The notes below the pieces were generated by a model. That model was given only the letters and a program-made list of their open reading frames with translations, was not told where the DNA came from and did not search any database. Shown in pieces: positions 18,610 through 28,441 of a stretch of DNA of 64,000 nt (position 1 is the stretch's first letter; each line of letters begins with the position of its first letter). Position numbers and translations under genes: made by a program. This DNA is from Patescibacteria group bacterium (GTDB lineage: Bacteria > Patescibacteriota > Patescibacteriia > PEXW01), in NCBI GenBank assembly GCA_041665345.1, contig JBAYJA010000003.1, positions 39,202-103,201 on the forward strand, given 5' to 3'.

Positions 18610-19980
18610 ATGAGTGAAATATCACCTGAATTCGAAAATCAAGATGATGTGCAGCCACTTCCTGAGCATGAAGAGGCGCGAAAGGCATGGCCGAATATCC
18701 CCGAAACTTTTCCTGAGGGATTCCCGCCTGGTTACCGTCCGTGGGTAGACGGCTGGGCTTTTTCTTTGGAGAAAATGAAAGAGAAGAATGCTGATGGTAC
18801 CTACAAACTCCTCACCCTGGATTTGAGTATTAGTGAGGAGGAGTACATTGAGCGCGTCAATAGTGGACCGGCGGAATCACTAAGCGAGCGCGCGGAAAAA
18901 GAGTACAAGTGTGATATTCGTTGCAAGCACTGCTTTGAATGCAAAACAGACACCAATAACCCGCTCATGACATTCGACGAGGTGAAGGGCGTGGTCGAGC
19001 GCGCGAAAGCACTGGGGCTCGAAACGGTAAAATTTTTGGGACCCGGCGAACTGCTCCACAACCCAAAGCTTTTTGAGATTCTGGACTACTTCGAACAGGA
19101 GGGTATTACCATTTCTATTTTTACCAAAGGAGTTATCCTGGGTGACGATACATTAGCTGAAAAGAATTTTCACCTGTCCGCAAGCGAGTTGTGCAATAAA
19201 ATTGCATCGTATAGTACCGCGCGATTATTGGTTGGGTTTACCTCTGCTTCTCCTGACGTAGAGCAAGCGCGCATTGGTTCCACCATTCAAGACTTCAGTG
19301 AGAAGCGGAATCGAGGCCTAGAAAATGCAACGGAAGCAGGTATGAACAGTAACCCCCAGTTGCAGCGGATGGCACTCATTTGCGCGCCGGTGCTCCGGGA
19401 TAATATTGACGAGGTCCTTGCTATTTACCAGTGGGGAGCGAAGAGAAATATTCCCACGGTTGTAGCGCCAACTATGGTGAGTGGGAAAGGGCAGGAGCAA
19501 CCGGAAGTGACTGACACTGATTTTAAAGAACGCAGGCTTGTTGATCTGTATGCCAGCATTTACGAATGGATGGTACGTGAGGGCATTATGACGCTTGATG
19601 ACGTGAAACAGGAAAGTGTTTCTCCCTATGCGGGGTATGCATGCAATCAATTCATTAATGGTATGTTCATACGGAAAGACGGACGGGTGCAGGCATGCCC
19701 AGGCAACGAAAGTTACGTTTTCCGATACAGCAACGATATCCGCAAGGAAAATCTTGCTGAGGTGTGGAAGCACAGTGTTGGCTACAAGAAGCGAGAGCAG
19801 CTTGTGGAGAGTGGGAAAATTACCCTCACGCAGCCGTGCTACGCGAAGACCGAGGGCGAGCTTATGCTTGGGAATAAACCTGGCTCTATTCCAAAAGATT
19901 TCTACGAATCAGTTCTCCGCCGACTGGAGGTACGGTTGGGTGCACCGCAACCAGAAGCAAACGAACCATTTGAAGTGTAA
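18610..19980 (+). CDS. Radical SAM protein with SPASM/Twitch-like C-terminal domain
   Basis: CDIRCKHC (CxxxCxxC), GPGELL, FTKG, then C..DGRVQACP..LAEVW..C. Confidence 0.9.
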   Translation: MSEISPEFENQDDVQPLPEHEEARKAWPNIPETFPEGFPPGYRPWVDGWAFSLEKMKEKNADGTYKLLTLDLSISEEEYIERVNSGPAESLSERAEKEYKCDIRCKHCFECKTDTNNPLMTFDEVKGVVERAKALGLETVKFLGPGELLHNPKLFEILDYFEQEGITISIFTKGVILGDDTLAEKNFHLSASELCNKIASYSTARLLVGFTSASPDVEQARIGSTIQDFSEKRNRGLENATEAGMNSNPQLQRMALICAPVLRDNIDEVLAIYQWGAKRNIPTVVAPTMVSGKGQEQPEVTDTDFKERRLVDLYASIYEWMVREGIMTLDDVKQESVSPYAGYACNQFINGMFIRKDGRVQACPGNESYVFRYSNDIRKENLAEVWKHSVGYKKREQLVESGKITLTQPCYAKTEGELMLGNKPGSIPKDFYESVLRRLEVRLGAPQPEANEPFEV

Positions 19981-20038
19981 AACGCCTGATGGTTTGTGTA
20001 GCGCCTTCATTCCCACATGGGATCAACCTCAATTTCTT

Positions 20039-20629
20039 ATGGCCTACAAAATTCTGTTCAATAACGAGGAATTCCATTTTCACGAGAATGACCTTCCTTG
20101 CCTGGTGCATTACAGAGAAAAGCAAGGCGGTTCACAATTCACGGTAACGCTGGTTGCTGATTTATTTTTGCGGGGGTCAAAGATACTTTTCCTTACAGCA
20201 TATCCCATGGCCAAGGATAACTTTGTAGAGCAGGTGAAAGGCGAGGAATCAAAAATCGCATTTATCACCAATGAAAGCCAGTTCAATACGAACGCACAGG
20301 TAATTATTCTGGAAAGCGGTAATGAAAAGCTGTTTTTGAAGGCTGTTGAAAAACTCGGCGATCTTCACGAGCGCGTCGTGCTAATAAAAAATATGGAAGT
20401 ATTCAGTGACGCAGTTTTTGATGCTTGTGAAAAACTGCAAAAAAGTATCCTTTCTGGAGATATTGATTCATGTGTGGCAAAAAAACGCATTAGCCACAAG
20501 CTCTATACAACAACAATTACATTTTCTGAGCCAGAAACTTCCTTGCCTTTCAAAACCCCAGTGCTGAAAACATACGTTGGATATCTGAAGACCGCCACCA
20601 AGGAAGGGTTTGTACAATTAGAAATGTAA
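20039..20629 (+). CDS. Hypothetical protein, possibly a degenerate RecA/P-loop-like fold
   Basis: ATG 20039; EKQGGSQFT follows a beta strand, then KILFLT and RVVLIKN. Confidence 0.65.
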   Translation: MAYKILFNNEEFHFHENDLPCLVHYREKQGGSQFTVTLVADLFLRGSKILFLTAYPMAKDNFVEQVKGEESKIAFITNESQFNTNAQVIILESGNEKLFLKAVEKLGDLHERVVLIKNMEVFSDAVFDACEKLQKSILSGDIDSCVAKKRISHKLYTTTITFSEPETSLPFKTPVLKTYVGYLKTATKEGFVQLEM

Positions 20630-20727
20630 AATTGATCGCCGTTTGTTTATCTCCCCAGTTCCCACATAGAGCCAGCAGCAAATAAAAAAGCAATCGACAG
20701 GAGTTCCATCGATTGCTGATAGCTGGG

Positions 20728-21183
20728 TTACAGCGACTGGAGATGCTTGACGCAAGCCCCCAGTGGATCGCAGGTTACTTTCAACGGGTAGTTGGCTTTC
20801 TGAGTGGCTTGGGTAAACACCAACCCTATTTGTGCAAAGAGCTCAGTATCGTTTGGTGTGATGTACACGTCGCAAACCTTTCGGCTATTCCAGCGGTAGG
20901 CCGGATCATCGACCGTCAACTGGTAAACGTGCCAATGCACCTTTGGGTCCAAGTCACGGTACGGACAGGGGATAAGTGGCCCACGGTAGTCTTTCAGCAA
21001 TGCGTTGTGCTTGCCATGTTCGCCCACATAGAAGCGCCGAAGGGTAATGACAAGCAGCTGTTTGGGAATGACGGCTGTCACTCCTTCGTAGTAGCGCGTT
21101 TGCCACCCACCCCACTGCATTTCCTGCTGTGCGTCTGCAATAATATTAGTGAGCTCAGCTAGACGTTTAACATCGATTGCCAT
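20728..21183 (-). CDS. Hypothetical protein
   Basis: AAAGGAG before ATG; upstream promoter-like TTGACA at ~21250; terminator hairpin after the stop. Confidence 0.7.
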   Translation of the reverse strand: MAIDVKRLAELTNIIADAQQEMQWGGWQTRYYEGVTAVIPKQLLVITLRRFYVGEHGKHNALLKDYRGPLIPCPYRDLDPKVHWHVYQLTVDDPAYRWNSRKVCDVYITPNDTELFAQIGLVFTQATQKANYPLKVTCDPLGACVKHLQSL

Positions 21184-21355
21184 TCACTATTCTCCTTTGG
21201 GAAAGATCGGTTAATGGATGACTGTATCGTCTACCTTAAAATATGTCAATACTACCCCACCCTCTTTGTGAGGTTATGCTTTTTTCCGTGTGCCCAAACC
21301 CTCACCTCACCCTCCATCTATACCTCCATCCAAACCTAAACCACTCATCCTGCAA

Positions 21356-22411
21356 CTACCGTCCCAACTCCCACATGGGGTCAACTTCAATCTTATCCCA
21401 CGGTGTGCGGTGGCCAGCAGCCAGGCTGAAGGCACCAGCCACGGCGATCATGGCGCCGTTGTCCATGGTGTAGGCAAGCGGAGCTACGTGCAGCGGGGTA
21501 TGCTCGGGCAGCAATGCTTTGCCAAGCGCGCTTCGAAGTGGCGCATTCGCTGCCACGCCACCACCCAGAATGACGCTGGCGGGTTTCCGCGTCTTTACTT
21601 CGCGTACGGTTTTGCCAACCAGCACATCCACAATTGCCTGTTGCACAGACGCGGCCAAGTTCGCGCGCTGCTGCAGAGTGAGTTTCGGGTGGAGCTCCAG
21701 GTACCGGCGCACGGCAGTTTTCAAACCCGCAAAGCTGAATTCCGCGTTCGCCTCATGGAGCATTGGTCTGGGCAGATCGATATTTGGTTTTCCACGCTCG
21801 GCAAGTTTGCTCAGCGCTGGGCCGCCGGGGTATGGGAGTCCCAACATCTTCGCCGTTTTATCAAACGCTTCGCCGGCCGCGTCATCCCGCGTGCAGCCAA
21901 TGAGGCTCACTTTCCCCCACCCGTGGATGCCCTGAGGCAAACGCGTGGCTGTATTTTTGGTTGGTGCAATCCACAAAAGTTCTGTATGCCCACCCGAAAC
22001 CACCAATGCTAAGGCAGGAAGTTTGGGAACAATTGGACCCAGCCACGCACTGGCCACGTGCCCGGCAATGTGGTTTACGCCAATGAGGGTTTTCCCAGTG
22101 GCAAAAGCCAGCGTGCGGGCGGTCTCCACGCCCACGAGTAATGCGGTAGACAAACCTGGTCCAGAGGTGACGGCAATTGCGTCTATAGCAGCTAATGATT
22201 TTCGGGCGCGACGGAGGGCTTCCATCAGTGTGGGCATAATGGTTGCTGCATGCTCACGTGCGGCAACTTCGGGCACCACCCCACCAGTCTTTTGATGCGT
22301 GAGCACTTGGGAGGCGGTGACCATGCTCTGCACGGCAAAGCCGGTTCGCCCCACATCCACCACAGCTATGGAGGTGTCGTCGCAGCTCGTCTCAATTCCA
22401 AGAATATGCAT
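21356..22411 (-). CDS. tsaD: tRNA N6-adenosine threonylcarbamoyltransferase TsaD
   Basis: ILGIETSCDDT, GGVVPEVAAREH, NHIAGH, VSGGHT, DDAAGEAFDK, GGVAAN, DNGAMIA. Confidence 0.98.
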   Translation of the reverse strand: MHILGIETSCDDTSIAVVDVGRTGFAVQSMVTASQVLTHQKTGGVVPEVAAREHAATIMPTLMEALRRARKSLAAIDAIAVTSGPGLSTALLVGVETARTLAFATGKTLIGVNHIAGHVASAWLGPIVPKLPALALVVSGGHTELLWIAPTKNTATRLPQGIHGWGKVSLIGCTRDDAAGEAFDKTAKMLGLPYPGGPALSKLAERGKPNIDLPRPMLHEANAEFSFAGLKTAVRRYLELHPKLTLQQRANLAASVQQAIVDVLVGKTVREVKTRKPASVILGGGVAANAPLRSALGKALLPEHTPLHVAPLAYTMDNGAMIAVAGAFSLAAGHRTPWDKIEVDPMWELGR

Positions 22412-22521
22412 GCTCGTAGCGTAGCATAGGCGTTTCTGCTGCGCACAACTTGACCAAAGGTGAGCAAGCACGTACGCTCTTTTCAGAACATTGTACCTAA
22501 AAAATCCAGGAAGGAGTTTGC

Positions 22522-23064
22522 GTGACCAACATTGCATTGCCCAACAGTATTCCGCCTGTCTTCCGAGCAATAATCCCCCACGTGCGACACCAGGAAGGCC
22601 TGTGCCCCACCTTTGAGTACTTGCTCCTCAAGCGTTCGCCTACTGCTGATCGGGATAAGGATCAGTTTGAATGTCCCGGCGGCGTCGCACAGCCAACGGA
22701 AATGAATCCGCTGCAAACGTATATCCGAGAGACCTTCGAAGAAACCGGCCTGAAGGTTACACGCGTGGTGCAGGAAATTTTTTCGTACGAAGTCCCCTAC
22801 GCCATTGACGGATCCTTTGCCGCCGGCCTGGTACGGAAAGTACATTTTGCAATTGTGGAAGTACTCCCGCCGTTTGTTATTGTCCTGAGTTCGGAGCATG
22901 TGGATAGTGCATGGATGACTATTGATGAGATCCTGCGCACCCCAATGGAACACATTCGCAGGGGTTCTGCGCGGGCAATCATCCTTGCGGATCGATCAGT
23001 GCTCACCCCACGCTTTTTGGCCGCTGAGCAGAAAAAAATGTCCGCAAATCGACTCGCTCTTTAA
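22522..23064 (+). CDS. NUDIX hydrolase
   Basis: PGGVAQPTEMNPLQTYIRETFEETGL Nudix box; LSSEH. Confidence 0.85.
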   Translation: MTNIALPNSIPPVFRAIIPHVRHQEGLCPTFEYLLLKRSPTADRDKDQFECPGGVAQPTEMNPLQTYIRETFEETGLKVTRVVQEIFSYEVPYAIDGSFAAGLVRKVHFAIVEVLPPFVIVLSSEHVDSAWMTIDEILRTPMEHIRRGSARAIILADRSVLTPRFLAAEQKKMSANRLAL

Positions 23065-23195
23065 GGCAAACCTACATCAATCCCAATCCACCAAGGATTG
23101 GGATTTTTTTACCCAAGAGTATTTTTTGCATTGACTCCAGATCACCGGCAGAGGTAGGCTTGAGCAAGAACACTACTTTCGCGAATGGTAAACAT

Positions 23196-23609
23196 ATGAC
23201 CCAGCCATCAATTATCCAAAAAGTCGGCGGCATTATCACCAAGGACAAACGGTTGCTGGTGGTGCGGAAGAAGACCGCGGACAATCGGTCGGAGTTTATT
23301 ATTCCCGGTGGTCGCAAGGAAGGAGATGAGTCGCACCAGGAAACGTTGACGAGGGAACTTATGGAAGAGTTAGGCGTTACCCTGCGTGGCATGCGGCTGT
23401 TTGGGAGTTTTGACGAAACGGCAGTATTTGAAAATATTCCATTGCACATGGATGTGTACTACGCGGAGGTCGAAGGCGAACCTACTCCCCACTCGGAAAT
23501 TAAGGAGTACATGTGGATTGACCGGGCGTATGCTGACCACGGCATTGTGCTGGGGTCGGTATTGGCCAAGCACGTGGTACCGAAATTGGTTGCAGAAGGC
23601 GTGCTGTAG
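23196..23609 (+). CDS. NUDIX hydrolase
   Basis: PGGRKEGDESHQETLTRELMEELGV Nudix box. Confidence 0.92.
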   Translation: MTQPSIIQKVGGIITKDKRLLVVRKKTADNRSEFIIPGGRKEGDESHQETLTRELMEELGVTLRGMRLFGSFDETAVFENIPLHMDVYYAEVEGEPTPHSEIKEYMWIDRAYADHGIVLGSVLAKHVVPKLVAEGVL

Positions 23610-23735
23610 GACTGAGACTAAAAATACACGGGAGCCGCTTGGCTCCCGTTTTCTATAGGGAAAGTATAGTACTTACTAGGTTGGGTATTCTTATAAGTGA
23701 CATCAGGGATCGCTATAGTGTAAGACATCTCACCC

Positions 23736-24422
23736 TCACTTTTTTGGGGTGCAGGCGTATACCCTATGTACTGTGAGATCTTTTTCTCCCTCTGCCATGA
23801 GCATTCCCTTTGTATCAACAATTCGTATGCTGTAGCCAAGTCGCTTCGCATGGTTTTCAATTTCGTCCAAACGCGCATACGCACTCGTTCCAATGAGCAC
23901 AACTCCTGATGCTGTAAGAAAAGCTGGTGCTTCCTTCAAGAATTGTTGCAGTGCGTTGTAGTTCTCATCAAAGCCTGATTGCAGAAGAATGTCCGTAACC
24001 GGCGACTCCGCCCGGTTAAAAGGGTGATTCCAGAAAATGAAGTCAAACTTTTCTTCATTCCGGAAGGCAGCAAATAAATTACTTTCCCTTACGTCCATTT
24101 GTACGGCAAATCTCTGAGCATTGAGTAAACAGTTTTGGACAGCGGCTGGATTGATATCGGTGGCAGTTACCGTTGCACCATGTAACGCAGCAAAGACCGC
24201 AACGATGCCCGTTCCAGTCCCAATCTCCAGCAATTTTTGTTTCTGAACAAGTTTTGGGATTACGTTTGCGAAATACGCACTATCTGTAAAGTATTTGGGG
24301 GAAAAAACTTCAGGGAGCACCAAAATCTTTTTTCCAAAAATTTCCACTTCATAAGGCGTGGCGTGCTTCCGCATTTTTGCAAATTGTTGCTCTACTTTTT
24401 TTGACCATTCTGGGTAGTCCAT
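23736..24422 (-). CDS. Class I SAM-dependent methyltransferase (HemK/PrmC-like)
   Basis: VFSP, LLEIGTGTG, TDIN, FDFIFWNHPF (NPPY-like). Confidence 0.9.
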   Translation of the reverse strand: MDYPEWSKKVEQQFAKMRKHATPYEVEIFGKKILVLPEVFSPKYFTDSAYFANVIPKLVQKQKLLEIGTGTGIVAVFAALHGATVTATDINPAAVQNCLLNAQRFAVQMDVRESNLFAAFRNEEKFDFIFWNHPFNRAESPVTDILLQSGFDENYNALQQFLKEAPAFLTASGVVLIGTSAYARLDEIENHAKRLGYSIRIVDTKGMLMAEGEKDLTVHRVYACTPKK

Positions 24423-24466
24423 ATTCAAAAAGAATAATAATCCAGAGACTGCTCGAAGTTTGAATC

Positions 24467-24475
24467 TGGTAGCCC
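24467..24475. repeat. Distal att core (duplicated tRNA-Glu 3' end, GGGCTACCA on the minus strand)
   Basis: 9-bp direct repeat located in the intergenic gap at the left edge of the AT-rich block. Confidence 0.7.
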
Positions 24476-24562
24476 TTATAGGAAAAGGCTGGAATCAGCT
24501 TATTGTAAGTCTTGTTAGTTTCAACGAGTTATATAGTGGTCAATTTTCCGAGCAACAGCAGG

Positions 24563-25702
24563 CTACTCTAAATTTGGCACCTGCCCATAATGTGTGAGCC
24601 CATTGTGTAGTAGATTGTATATTTCCATGTCGGGCAAAGGGTGCTTAGTAAAGCGCTCGATAATTGCTACATGCTCTGCTGGGTCAGCCTCTTTATCAGT
24701 TTGGTAGTGAAATGAAAAATTAGTTATATATAAGGCATTCTCGCTTGCGGGATTTTTTTCATCATGTTCGCCCAATTCTTCAACATTGTTTCGGATATCC
24801 ATAAACCAGGGCTTATCGGGGAAATTTAATCCAGGCGTTAAAATGCAGTTAATATCAATAAAGATCATAAATGGCATGTCACCTGGATTTTGCGTCATTG
24901 CGGATTTGATTAACCTACCAACATCTCCACGGATTAACTGCTCTTCATGCATTACTCCAGGTGTATGGATAACACCAGGTCTATGACGACTCTTCGCTTC
25001 TACAGCGACTCTTATTCCTCTCTCTTGATGGGTTGCTATGAACTCGCAATGTCTCGTTTGTGGCTTGCTCCTATCAAGAAACTCAATGGTGAATCCAAGT
25101 TGAGTAAATAAAGACGCGATTGCTACTTCATAGCGTGCGCCCTGGTATTGATTTTGGTCTTTCAATCTATTCAACAAACGTACGGGAAGTTTGGCACGAT
25201 GCTGAAGGCAGTAAATATCAAAAGCTAAAGACAATAGAGACCTGCTCCAACCATCAGGAATTGCGCTCCATTTTTTATTTTCAGAATTTTGAGCAGTAGC
25301 ATTCTTTTGTTTCCATGCTTGGAAATGTATGTAACATTGAGTAATAAAGTGTTGCTGCACAGAAGGTAATTGTAGCTGATCCTTTATCCATGCCCGTCCT
25401 AAAGTAACTGCGAGAATATCTATCAGAAACTCATGAAAAGTTTGTTCTATTGGAAGAGAGTGGAACAATCTTGAACCAACTGCTCTAACTCGTTTACCTT
25501 GAAAAATACTTTGTACGTGTGGGAGAAAGTACCCTTGTGCTTGAAGTCGTGATTGCTCAGCCTGCATGTCAAGAATGTATTTTTTAACAGCCTGAAAATC
25601 CTCAGGAGTCGGAGGATTGTTATCAGCATCATGATGACATTTTTTATACTTCTTCCCACTGCCACAATGGCATGGATCATTCCGACCAATTTTTTTTGTC
25701 AT
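24563..25702 (-). CDS. SEC-C motif protein with a putative PD-(D/E)xK nuclease-like domain
   Basis: KIGRNDPCHCGSGKKYKKCH; RYEVAIA...CEF...VAVEAKSR. Confidence 0.8.
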   Translation of the reverse strand: MTKKIGRNDPCHCGSGKKYKKCHHDADNNPPTPEDFQAVKKYILDMQAEQSRLQAQGYFLPHVQSIFQGKRVRAVGSRLFHSLPIEQTFHEFLIDILAVTLGRAWIKDQLQLPSVQQHFITQCYIHFQAWKQKNATAQNSENKKWSAIPDGWSRSLLSLAFDIYCLQHRAKLPVRLLNRLKDQNQYQGARYEVAIASLFTQLGFTIEFLDRSKPQTRHCEFIATHQERGIRVAVEAKSRHRPGVIHTPGVMHEEQLIRGDVGRLIKSAMTQNPGDMPFMIFIDINCILTPGLNFPDKPWFMDIRNNVEELGEHDEKNPASENALYITNFSFHYQTDKEADPAEHVAIIERFTKHPLPDMEIYNLLHNGLTHYGQVPNLE

Positions 25703-26855
25703 TCGGTACTAATTTAGCACTGTTGTCTACAAGATATTTTTGAAGTGCGGGAGGTAGATCTATGCTTCCTGCATCGTGTAATTTGACCCCCACAATTTGC
25801 TTGAACAATGACATTGCCGATCGAAAAACAAGAAGGGCATCTGCCTTTTCATTTCTGGGTTTACGTGCCCAGAAGTGTAGGTAAGAACGACGAACGCCCT
25901 GGATGTCTGAAAACTTTTTTTGCTGCTCTGGTGGGATACGATTGAATGCCTTTAATACACCTAATCTTCTTTCGTGCATCAACCTCTCAAAAGTCCTCTG
26001 GAAAAGCAAAGCCTCCTCCTCTTCGGTGATCGGATGATTTTTAAAAGTCACACTGCTTGTTTTCCAAAGAAAAATTGCTAACATTTCTCCAACAACACCA
26101 CAAACAGCGATGCAAGAGAGGTAGTCACCCAGGCAAAAGTTTCTCTTTGCAGAAACCAAGGGATCCACAAGGTATTTCGAAATTTCTGGATGAGCGGAGA
26201 CGATACCTTGGTGCGTTTCAATTGTCGTGGCCTCGACATATCGATCAAGTATTTCCACAGTTAAGTCAGTCACTTGCCTTTGAAAAAACTCTCCTAATTG
26301 AAAGGATGTGTGGGTAAACTCATCTTTGATTCCATCTGCAGTTATATCCCCATAAGAAAGATAGTCCTTAATTTGAGTACGTTTGATAATTGGGCCAAAT
26401 ACACCAAACTTAATTACTGCTTTCTTGGGGCCACTTTTGGGCAACAACTCCTTTACTGCGTCCTGAACATCTGTTTCCCAGTTCTCAAAAGAAACAAGAG
26501 CGGGTTGTGTTGGAATAGCATCAAACTCACTTTGTGTAATACCTTCAATTTTTTCCCATGACAAACCTAGAGCATTAAAGGTAAGTGGATTAGGGACGTG
26601 CCTTTTGTGCAATTCTGGGAAAGGGAGAACCGCGAATACGTCAGTAGGATTGCTAATGGATTTAATAAGACGAACATTTTTTATGTCCACTAGGCTCCTA
26701 CCATCTTGCAATATATCCAGCTCTTCTTGAGTCTTTTGTGTAAAGTCATCAACCTTAAGCCCCAATGCATTTCGTGTAATGGAGTCAGGGATTAGGAACC
26801 TTTTCCCGTGGTTGATGATATATTTTCTTCCATCTGGCCCCTGTGCTTTGTCCAT
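25677..26855 (-). CDS. Hypothetical protein: two N-terminal repeats plus a C-terminal HEPN (DUF4145-like) domain
   Basis: Repeats KRFLIPDSITRNALGL and KRHVPNPLTFNALGLSW; AKRNFCLGDYLSCIAVCGVVGE helix; RRSYLH (Rx4H). Confidence 0.65.
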   Translation of the reverse strand: MDKAQGPDGRKYIINHGKRFLIPDSITRNALGLKVDDFTQKTQEELDILQDGRSLVDIKNVRLIKSISNPTDVFAVLPFPELHKRHVPNPLTFNALGLSWEKIEGITQSEFDAIPTQPALVSFENWETDVQDAVKELLPKSGPKKAVIKFGVFGPIIKRTQIKDYLSYGDITADGIKDEFTHTSFQLGEFFQRQVTDLTVEILDRYVEATTIETHQGIVSAHPEISKYLVDPLVSAKRNFCLGDYLSCIAVCGVVGEMLAIFLWKTSSVTFKNHPITEEEEALLFQRTFERLMHERRLGVLKAFNRIPPEQQKKFSDIQGVRRSYLHFWARKPRNEKADALLVFRSAMSLFKQIVGVKLHDAGSIDLPPALQKYLVDNSAKLVPNDKKNWSE

Positions 26856-26859
26856 AGAA

Positions 26860-27258
26860 TTACGTAGTTGTTTTCCTTTTTCTATATAATTTTGCACGCT
26901 CCAAAATTGGTTCTAGTTCTGCTAGTTTTTCATCTAGTTCTTCAAGGCTTAGACCTTCCAAGAACCCATTGTGCAAGACGGAGGATTTGTACAAGTCGCG
27001 TAATTTGTAAGCCTTATCTAGCCCATTAGCGCGCGCTCGCCAATCAGGGTTATCCAGTAGACCTAAATGAACTTGTAAAAGTTTCTCATCGGGCAAGCTT
27101 TCGGTCATCAACTCCTGCCAACCCTTACTCTTCGTAAGCTCCTGAGGCTTTTCGGCAGATCGGTCACTGTAACCCCCTTGGCGCATAGCAGCAGAGACCG
27201 ATTTTCGGGGATTTTCGGATAAAATACGGGCTACGTTGCGCTGTTTGTGAGTAGGCAT
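26860..27258 (-). CDS. Phage terminase small-subunit-like HTH protein
   Basis: MPTHKQ..SVSAAMRQGGYSDRSA resembles the TerS 'A..AGYS..A' motif; TATAAT upstream of ATG 27258. Confidence 0.55.
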   Translation of the reverse strand: MPTHKQRNVARILSENPRKSVSAAMRQGGYSDRSAEKPQELTKSKGWQELMTESLPDEKLLQVHLGLLDNPDWRARANGLDKAYKLRDLYKSSVLHNGFLEGLSLEELDEKLAELEPILERAKLYRKRKTTT

Positions 27259-27322
27259 ATCTAACCTAATTATACCCTCAAAACAGCGTTCTGTGACCAA
27301 CTCTGGACCTATAAACGGGTTT

Positions 27323-28438
27323 CTAGCTAGCCTTCTTACCCCCGCGATACTTAAAGGCCCTCCTAAAGCCTTTGTCTTCAGCCTCTTCGACAGTAGCGCA
27401 ATAGAACTCACCCTTTCGTGTTTCTATTTTAGTTTTATCGTATTGCTGGTCGAAAGGAAGATGATATATCTTTGTACTATCTACCTTTGAAATGTTGCAC
27501 TTAATACAGGGGTATTGTTTATCTAATGGTAAGTTTTCTTTTAATTCGATATGAAGCTCAGATGCAAAACGGCGAGCGAGATCGGAAAGCTTAGTTGCAG
27601 TGTAGAAAATCGCACGAACTTTTTTATCTGGATTTTTATCTTTGTATTGGAAAACCGTGCCAAAAAATTGAAAAATGTGTTTTTCATATATAGTTCTAAA
27701 TTGTGCCCAATTTTTACATTGCACAATTATAAAGTCTTTACCTTTTCGACAGATCAAATCGCGCCCTAGATCCTCGAAGCCTTTTAGTATACCCACATAC
27801 TCAACATCATATCCCTCTGCTTCAAATAGAAATCCAATGTACCGTTCATAAATCCTACCAATTAACCAGGATGATTTTGGGCGTTTCCAAAATCGATCCA
27901 GAGCCATTTGATTCCGTTCAACACTTGGGAGTTTACGGTATTCTTCCTTTGAGAGATATTGAGTAACCTGATCTACCTTTTCTTCATCAGAGTACTCCGC
28001 GAACATTTTCCGATCCTCTTCAGTTGGAACATCAACCTCTTCTTTTAAATCAACAAGAAAAGGAGCTATCGATTCATAGTATTCAATTATGTACTTTGCG
28101 ATACGAGCTTCTTTCTCTGCTTCACGTCGTAATCTTGACTGTTCTTTCACAACCTCACTGGCTTGGATTGCGGGATGTTTTTTTCTTCTTAAGTAATCAG
28201 ACTGGGCTGCGTCACGGGCTTTAAATAACTCTTTATAAGCATTTGCTAGCCATGGAAATCCCTGTTGGCGTTCTCGAGCCATTTGATGCACACCCTCTTC
28301 AAGTTTTTTATACCATGCAATACCGACATTACGTTCTTGTTTTTCAGATTTTAAATATAGTTCGTAGGATGATTTTTCTGAGGCGATTAACCTAAGAATG
28401 TTATTAAGTTCGTTTTTCTTTTCTTCAAAATATCCCAT
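27323..28438 (-). CDS. Mrr-like restriction endonuclease with N-terminal coiled coil and C-terminal Ada-like metal-binding motif
   Basis: YERYIG..EDLGRDLI..IVQCKNW (Mrr_cat E..D..QxK); IKCNIS..IYHLP..Y..TVEEAEDKGFRRA. Confidence 0.8.
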   Translation of the reverse strand: MGYFEEKKNELNNILRLIASEKSSYELYLKSEKQERNVGIAWYKKLEEGVHQMARERQQGFPWLANAYKELFKARDAAQSDYLRRKKHPAIQASEVVKEQSRLRREAEKEARIAKYIIEYYESIAPFLVDLKEEVDVPTEEDRKMFAEYSDEEKVDQVTQYLSKEEYRKLPSVERNQMALDRFWKRPKSSWLIGRIYERYIGFLFEAEGYDVEYVGILKGFEDLGRDLICRKGKDFIIVQCKNWAQFRTIYEKHIFQFFGTVFQYKDKNPDKKVRAIFYTATKLSDLARRFASELHIELKENLPLDKQYPCIKCNISKVDSTKIYHLPFDQQYDKTKIETRKGEFYCATVEEAEDKGFRRAFKYRGGKKAS

Positions 28439-28441
28439 AAA

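Noticed and set aside
19616-20038. N-terminal extension of the 337-aa ORF overlapping the radical SAM gene
   Set aside because: The overlap frame looks non-coding; ATG 20039 gives a non-overlapping gene.
23736-24422. Methyltransferase as the cognate DNA MTase of the island nucleases
   Set aside because: It lies outside the att repeat and resembles HemK/PrmC-type small MTases with no target-recognition domain.
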